A stretch of 64,000 bases of DNA. Source: Azolla caroliniana. Taxonomy: Eukaryota > Plantae > Polypodiophyta. Below are positions 58,985-64,000 of the stretch, one piece after another. Under the pieces are notes generated by a model, which was not told the origin of the DNA, did no database searches, and saw only the letters and a list, made by a program, of their open reading frames with translations. Positions within the stretch are counted from its first letter, which is position 1. Each line of letters begins with the position of its first letter. Made by a program: the position numbers and the translations under genes. Where the stretch lies: NCBI GenBank assembly GCA_043228905.1, contig JBHGNT010000016.1:14880001-14944000 (forward strand). Reading direction: 5' to 3'.

Positions 58985-61900
58985 ATGGATTTCAACTGCA
59001 GCGTAGACCTGGTATGCTTGCTTTGGTCTTGATTTTAAGCTTAACTAAGTAAAATGAAAGAAGAAAGAGGGTTGGATTTCATGGCTTTGCCAAAAATCAT
59101 AAATCCTATCCTGTCTTCTTGATTTGCGTGGTTTTTTTCTTGTTAAGAAGAACTTGATGCTATCGTTCGGCACTACCTACAGTAAGCTCAGAAATGTGTA
59201 TTAATAAAACGGAGCGATTGAAATGTGTATTATCAATTTTTATTTCTTTTTCCCTTTGGGACTAAAACGCTGGACCCTATCTATGGACTTCAACTTTGAG
59301 AAAAACGTGTGTGTCTTCCAAGAATTCTAGGTACAGATATGGTGTTCTTGAGCTAAAATGAATAACACATACTTATATAAGAATTTCAATTTCTCCCAAA
59401 TAACCATTATGGTAGGAACAACTGATTTTGAAGGCAGGTGAATGCAGTGATGAGAGCAATGAAACCTACAAATTATTAGCATAATGTTTTAGTTCCTCAT
59501 GTAATTTAAACTTCGAACAGGGTTATTGCCACCTCCAGCTTTATGGAATACTCCAGAAGGAAGTGTTGCCTGTATAGTTCTTATTTTGAAAATCATGAAA
59601 TAATATTTGTGGTAAGATTTTGATTGATTGAAATGTGAATTTCCAAACAATGAGCCATGTGCAATTTTCACCTTCAAATTTATACACATTATGCACAACT
59701 TTGTAGTTGAAACCAATGGGTTCTAAGTATTTATCTTATGGAAGTACAAATGTTCTGTCATTTTAAAAACAAATGGAAGTGAAAATAGGTTAAGAAAGAA
59801 AGAAAGATATGTTAACGTCTTTTAAGAGGCCAAAATGGCCTATAAGACCAAATAAGAGATTACATCTTAAGTGTTGTCTTGTCTTTGAGAACAAATCAAA
59901 ATAAGATAAATATTACACAGTTAATATAAAAGTAAATAACATGAAAAGAAAAGAAATGAGGGAATCTGGTTTTTGGCACATGTGAGATCCTCAAGTTAGG
60001 TATATTGTAGCTTTTTGTCTTCGAAAGATCTCTAGCATAGGTCGATCTAGAATGGAAATGTCTCCGAAGCGAGGGAAGCACCTACGATGGCGGGAGATAA
60101 TGGCTTTTATCTGTCGATAAGAGAAAAAGAGAATCATCTTTCTTGGTACATGGCCATTGTAGAAATAAAAAGTGAACAATTTATTGGAGTTATGATGGGT
60201 GTCTATTTTAGTTTTTTTTTTTTTTTTTGATTTGATGTTCTCAAAGATGAGACAACACTTAAGATGTAATCTCTTGTTTGGTCTTATAGGTTATTTTGGC
60301 CTCTTAAAAGACGTTAATATATCTTTCTTTCTTTCTCACTATAAGGCACTTTTTTACATACATCGGAGGATGAATCCATCATCGGGCTCTCTTATATGGA
60401 CATACATCTATTGCATATGCTGCACAATGTGATAGGGCAGCTGTCAACCTCTTCACATCAGTTAGAGAATGAGTTGTGCATATGCACACACATCATTGGA
60501 AGAAAGAATCTGCCAATTGTGTCATTAGGGAATGGAATCTGAAGAAAACTATGTTTACTACTGTACTGTTTTTTATGAAATAAGAAGGAGATGCCATTGC
60601 CTCTTTAACTAAGGGTTCAGCTCACTATCCAATGTAATAGGAATATGAGAACCAATGTTGCTTGGTACTGTTCTTGCTAGAACTCAAGGGACATAGGGAG
60701 AAGTTGTTGAAGGACAACAATCAACCAGACACGCACATCAACAAATGACGATCACAACTTTCTTTAGCCCCAACGCTCCAACTCATGCTATAAATCAATT
60801 AAGGGCTACGCAAGTGGCTTCTCTAACTAGGACATTACAAAGGGGTTATAATAGATTAGGCAATAGTAATTTTCTGTGCATGTATGCTCCGGCCTCATGG
60901 ATTATGATCTCACCACACTTGTCATTAATAGATAAAGGCCATTATCTCCCACCATTGTAGGTGCACCCCACACCTCAAAAATCTCTCCACTTTGGATCTT
61001 TCAGATAAATGTTGTTAAGCTATTTGACTTGAGAATCTTACATGTATAGGTAATCAGAATCTTTAGTCACTTTTTTACTTTGTTACATTTATTTTGTTTT
61101 TTTTTCTCAATGACAAGACAGAATTTTAAGATGTGATCTCTTGTTTGGTCTGGCCTCTTAAAAGGTGTCAATATATCTTCCTTTCTTTCTCAGATTTATT
61201 TAGAATATGGTTGGTCAGAACTTTCTTTCTAACTGTGTTTTTGTTATACATGAATGGCAAAACATTGTGTTTGGTCTTTATCAGCTTTAACTATCTTCTG
61301 AAGCAATATTGTTTTATTATTATTTAGTGGAACTTATATAGTAACGCTAATAATCAAGTGAAGATTCTCTGTTGTTTAGTGGAATAAATAATTTAAATTG
61401 ACTCTTCATTCCCTTTCAACAGAGGGAAAATCCTATTCAACACAAAAGGCTGGTGCGAATAGGTTGTGGTGCAGGATTTGCTGGAGATAGGCCGAATGCT
61501 GCTGTCAAGCTACTTAGCAGAGTGCCGTGCATGGATTACTTGGTTTTAGAATGCTTAGCCGAGAGAACTCTTGCTATTCGCCATGCAGCAATGATGGCAG
61601 GAGGAAAGGGCTTTGATCCTCGAAGTAAGGTTCTCAATTGGGAAAAACTCTGAAATACCTCTGAGTTTCTCTTTATTTTGCTAAATGCCCCCAAGTTTTC
61701 AGTATTTCCCCACATCTTTAGCCAACCCCTGAAAAAGCTGTAATATGTGTTATTTGAACAATCACATGATCAATTAATCCCCCTTTTCTAGTAAATATAT
61801 TAACTAGATAATTGTGTGGTCAGTTCATCCTTTTTTTTTCCTTTCATGGGTGACCAAGGGTGTTTGGGGGAATAATGAAAACTCAGTGAAATGTGGGAAA

Positions 61901-63040
61901 TAAATGAAAATGTGACTATTTTGGTAATTTTTCTTTCTTGACACTTACCATTATTGTATTTTTCATCTGAAGGCATGCAGTTTGCATTGTAAAAATATCT
62001 ATGTCTTATGTTCCTAAGTCATTTGGTGAACATTTTCTAGCCCAAAGAATAACCTGAATTGCTATATAATGCCTTACAGAAAATTGCAATCTAGTCTGGC
62101 CAGGGTATACTAAGGTTATATAGTCTTGTGTTCTGTGGCATGAGTCCACTGTTTGAAATTCATAATATATGTACACTTCTGAAGGATCTTGATATTCATC
62201 TGATAGCTTTTCTGAAGCTTTTTGTTCTTATATCCATGTTTTGAAATTCATAATATATGTACACTTCTGAAGGATCTTGATATTCATCTGATAGCTTTTC
62301 TGAAGCTTTTTGTTCTTATATCCATGTTTTGTTGTCTTCCTACATTTGTATGAGGGATGTTAACAAATGGGGTTGTGATGGGGTCTTTTTGTCCTGCCAT
62401 AGTACGAGAGAAAAAGTGAAGGGAAGATAATAAAACCAGAGTGAACATGATTTATTGCACAAATGTTAAGAAACTAAAATATAGTTGTTTTTATTCTTGC
62501 CATACGAATGACTAGTTTGCCATGGAACAGCCAATAATGCAAAAACATGTCATTAATCTCCAGTTTCTAAGTGGATGGAAATGCTACTTCCTGAAGCTGT
62601 GAAGAAAGAAGTATGCATCATTACAAACATGGGTGCAAGTAAAAAACCTTAAGCCTTATTGGATATTTTATTAATTACAATTATTTTCATATTTTTTAGC
62701 ACAAGTTTTAAGTTCTAACTGCTGTCTTTTCTAGCTGACCCTTTGGGTGCTCAAGAGGAGGTCTTGAAAATAGCTGAACAATATCAGCTTCATATAACTG
62801 TTGCTGTGGCATGGGAAACTTTTCCAGATATGAAAGGAAGGTGTACATCTTTACATGCCATGGTTTATTTTATGTTTCTCATTGTCCCTATCATTGACTT
62901 CAAGTAAATTTATTTGAAGGGTATCAGGTTCATGTACGTACCTTGGATCAGCTCCCATTGTAAAGCTGCTTGAAATGTCAAAGCCAAATGTGATTATAAC
63001 GAGTAGAGTAGCTGATGCGTCTTTGTTTTTGGGACCCATG
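58985..63040 (+). CDS. DUF1446 / acyclic terpene utilisation AtuA-family protein, 5' exons (gene continues beyond the window)
   Basis: Exons 58985-59011 (MDFNCSVDL), 61423-61624 (RENP..RIGCGAGFAGDRP..DYLVLECLAERTLA), 62564-62638 (..IITNMGA), 62735-62840 and 62920-63040 (TYLGSAPI..IITSRVADASLFLGPM), all with phase-compatible GT-AG introns. Confidence 0.88.
59792..60120 (-). mobile_element. 5'-truncated 3' end of an RTEX-like LINE with a (TTTC)n tail
   Basis: Homologous to 63345-63684 and to the 3' UTR of the ORF2-bearing copy at 60338-61190. Confidence 0.8.
60226..60337 (+). mobile_element. Short 3'-terminal fragment of the same RTEX-like family
   Basis: Reverse-complement match to 59792-59893; ends ATATC(TTTC)3. 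Confidence 0.8.
60338..61190 (+). mobile_element. Older 5'-truncated RTEX-like copy with ORF2 C-terminus and 3' UTR
   Basis: Decayed frame IGQLSTSSHQLENE..ERICQLCH*GMESEENYVYYC..HREKLL aligns with the CCHC ends of the two long RTEX-like LINEs and carries the same 3' terminal motif. Confidence 0.75.
62152..62331. repeat. 88-bp perfect tandem duplication in an intron
   Basis: TTTGAAATTCATAATATATGTACACTTCTG...TATCCATGTTTTG occurs twice. Confidence 0.9.
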
Positions 63041-63344
63041 GTAAGGTAATCATAAAATACTAATTTAATTAGATTTTGATAATGCCTATTGTGAAACCAA
63101 AGAGAAATGAAATGGAGCATGTTCATGGTCATCTGACATTGCAGATTTTCTGTTTTGATTGTCAATATGATATTAAATTTCTAATACTATCTATATTCCC
63201 CATATTATTGAGCTAACACATTGTCTTATGTGTCTATCTCTCCAAAAGATATCAGACTACTATTGTATGTGGAATCCTGATGCAAGTACTAGTAATTTTT
63301 TTCTAATGAAGGTGCCTATATAGGTTAGCAAGAACTTTAACAAA

Positions 63345-63770
63345 AAAGAAAGAATGAAAGAAAGATATATTAACGTCTTTTAAGAGGCCAAAATGGCCTA
63401 TAAGACCAAACAAGAGATTACATCTTAAGTGTTGTCTCGTCTTTGAGAACAGCAAATCAACAAATCAAAATAAAGTAAATTTTACTCCGCAAATATAAAA
63501 GTAAGTAAGATAAAAAGAGACGAGGAAACTGGTTTTCGGCACATGTGAGATTCTCAAGCTAGATGTATTGTAACTTTTGTCTTCGAAAGATCTTTAGCAT
63601 TGGTCGATCCAGAATGGAAAGGTCTCCGAAGCGAGGGAAGAACCTGCGATGGCGGGAGATAATAGTTTTCATATGTCGATGACAAGGGTGTTGAGGTCGT
63701 GCTCCATGGGGCCAGGGCCTACGTGCACATTAACTGCCTGTTAGAGATCAATGTTTGTCTATTAGAAGAA
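63345..63770 (-). mobile_element. 5'-truncated 3' end of the RTEX-like family with a (TTTC)n tail
   Basis: High similarity to 59792-60120; weaker similarity to 60860-61190 extends to ~63770. Confidence 0.8.
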
Positions 63771-64000
63771 TTCTCAGTTCAATATCAATCTACGTAAATC
63801 AAGGGCAAAATCACACAAGTAAATATACTGCTAATTACTATGGGATTTGAAAAATGGAAATGTTAAGAATGATGAGATTGGCAGAAGTGGGAGGGAATCT
63901 CTACGGTTGTCTGTCTGTGATGCTATATGTAAGTTACAAAAACATGATATGCATATCTGCTAGCCATGCCCATTTGTTGCTCTGAACATATTACTATGAT

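Noticed and set aside
61626-61950. Degenerate fold-back or MITE in intron 2 of the AtuA-like gene
   Set aside because: Only a short imperfect internal inverted repeat is visible; TIRs and TSD could not be established.

Overview
Eukaryotic nuclear DNA from a land plant, most likely a non-seed plant such as a fern or lycophyte (inferred from the transposon repertoire; not provable here). It contains three host genes: a GH81 endo-beta-1,3-glucanase with an intronless CDS (- strand, 1926-3944) and an unusual His-rich insert; the FACT subunit SSRP1 (+, 16 coding exons, 37128-43228); and the 5' part of a DUF1446/AtuA-like gene (+, from 58985). Between the first two lies a ~29 kb nest of five retroelements. 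An old Copia (A) is interrupted by a second Copia (C), whose 5' LTR holds an RTEX-like LINE inside its (CT)n tract. An Athila/OTA-like Gypsy (B) with a hidden ~1037-aa extra ORF holds a young Tcn1-type chromovirus (D). Downstream are a hAT MITE, an L1-clade LINE with a 15-bp TSD and a 1.8-kb 3' region carrying a 7 x ~163-bp array, a second RTEX-like LINE and four 3' fragments of further RTEX-like families. The best leads are: (i) element D has no tRNA primer site; its PBS is instead complementary to its own predicted transcript 5' end (Tf1-style self-priming), and it has a -1 frameshift cassette; (ii) the L1 3' array repeats a conserved splice-acceptor-like motif ahead of a possible decayed third ORF; (iii) the RTEX-like families share a covarying 3' stem-loop followed by different microsatellite tails; (iv) element B has an extra ORF and no PPT. 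All calls come from reading the sequence by eye; no searches were run.
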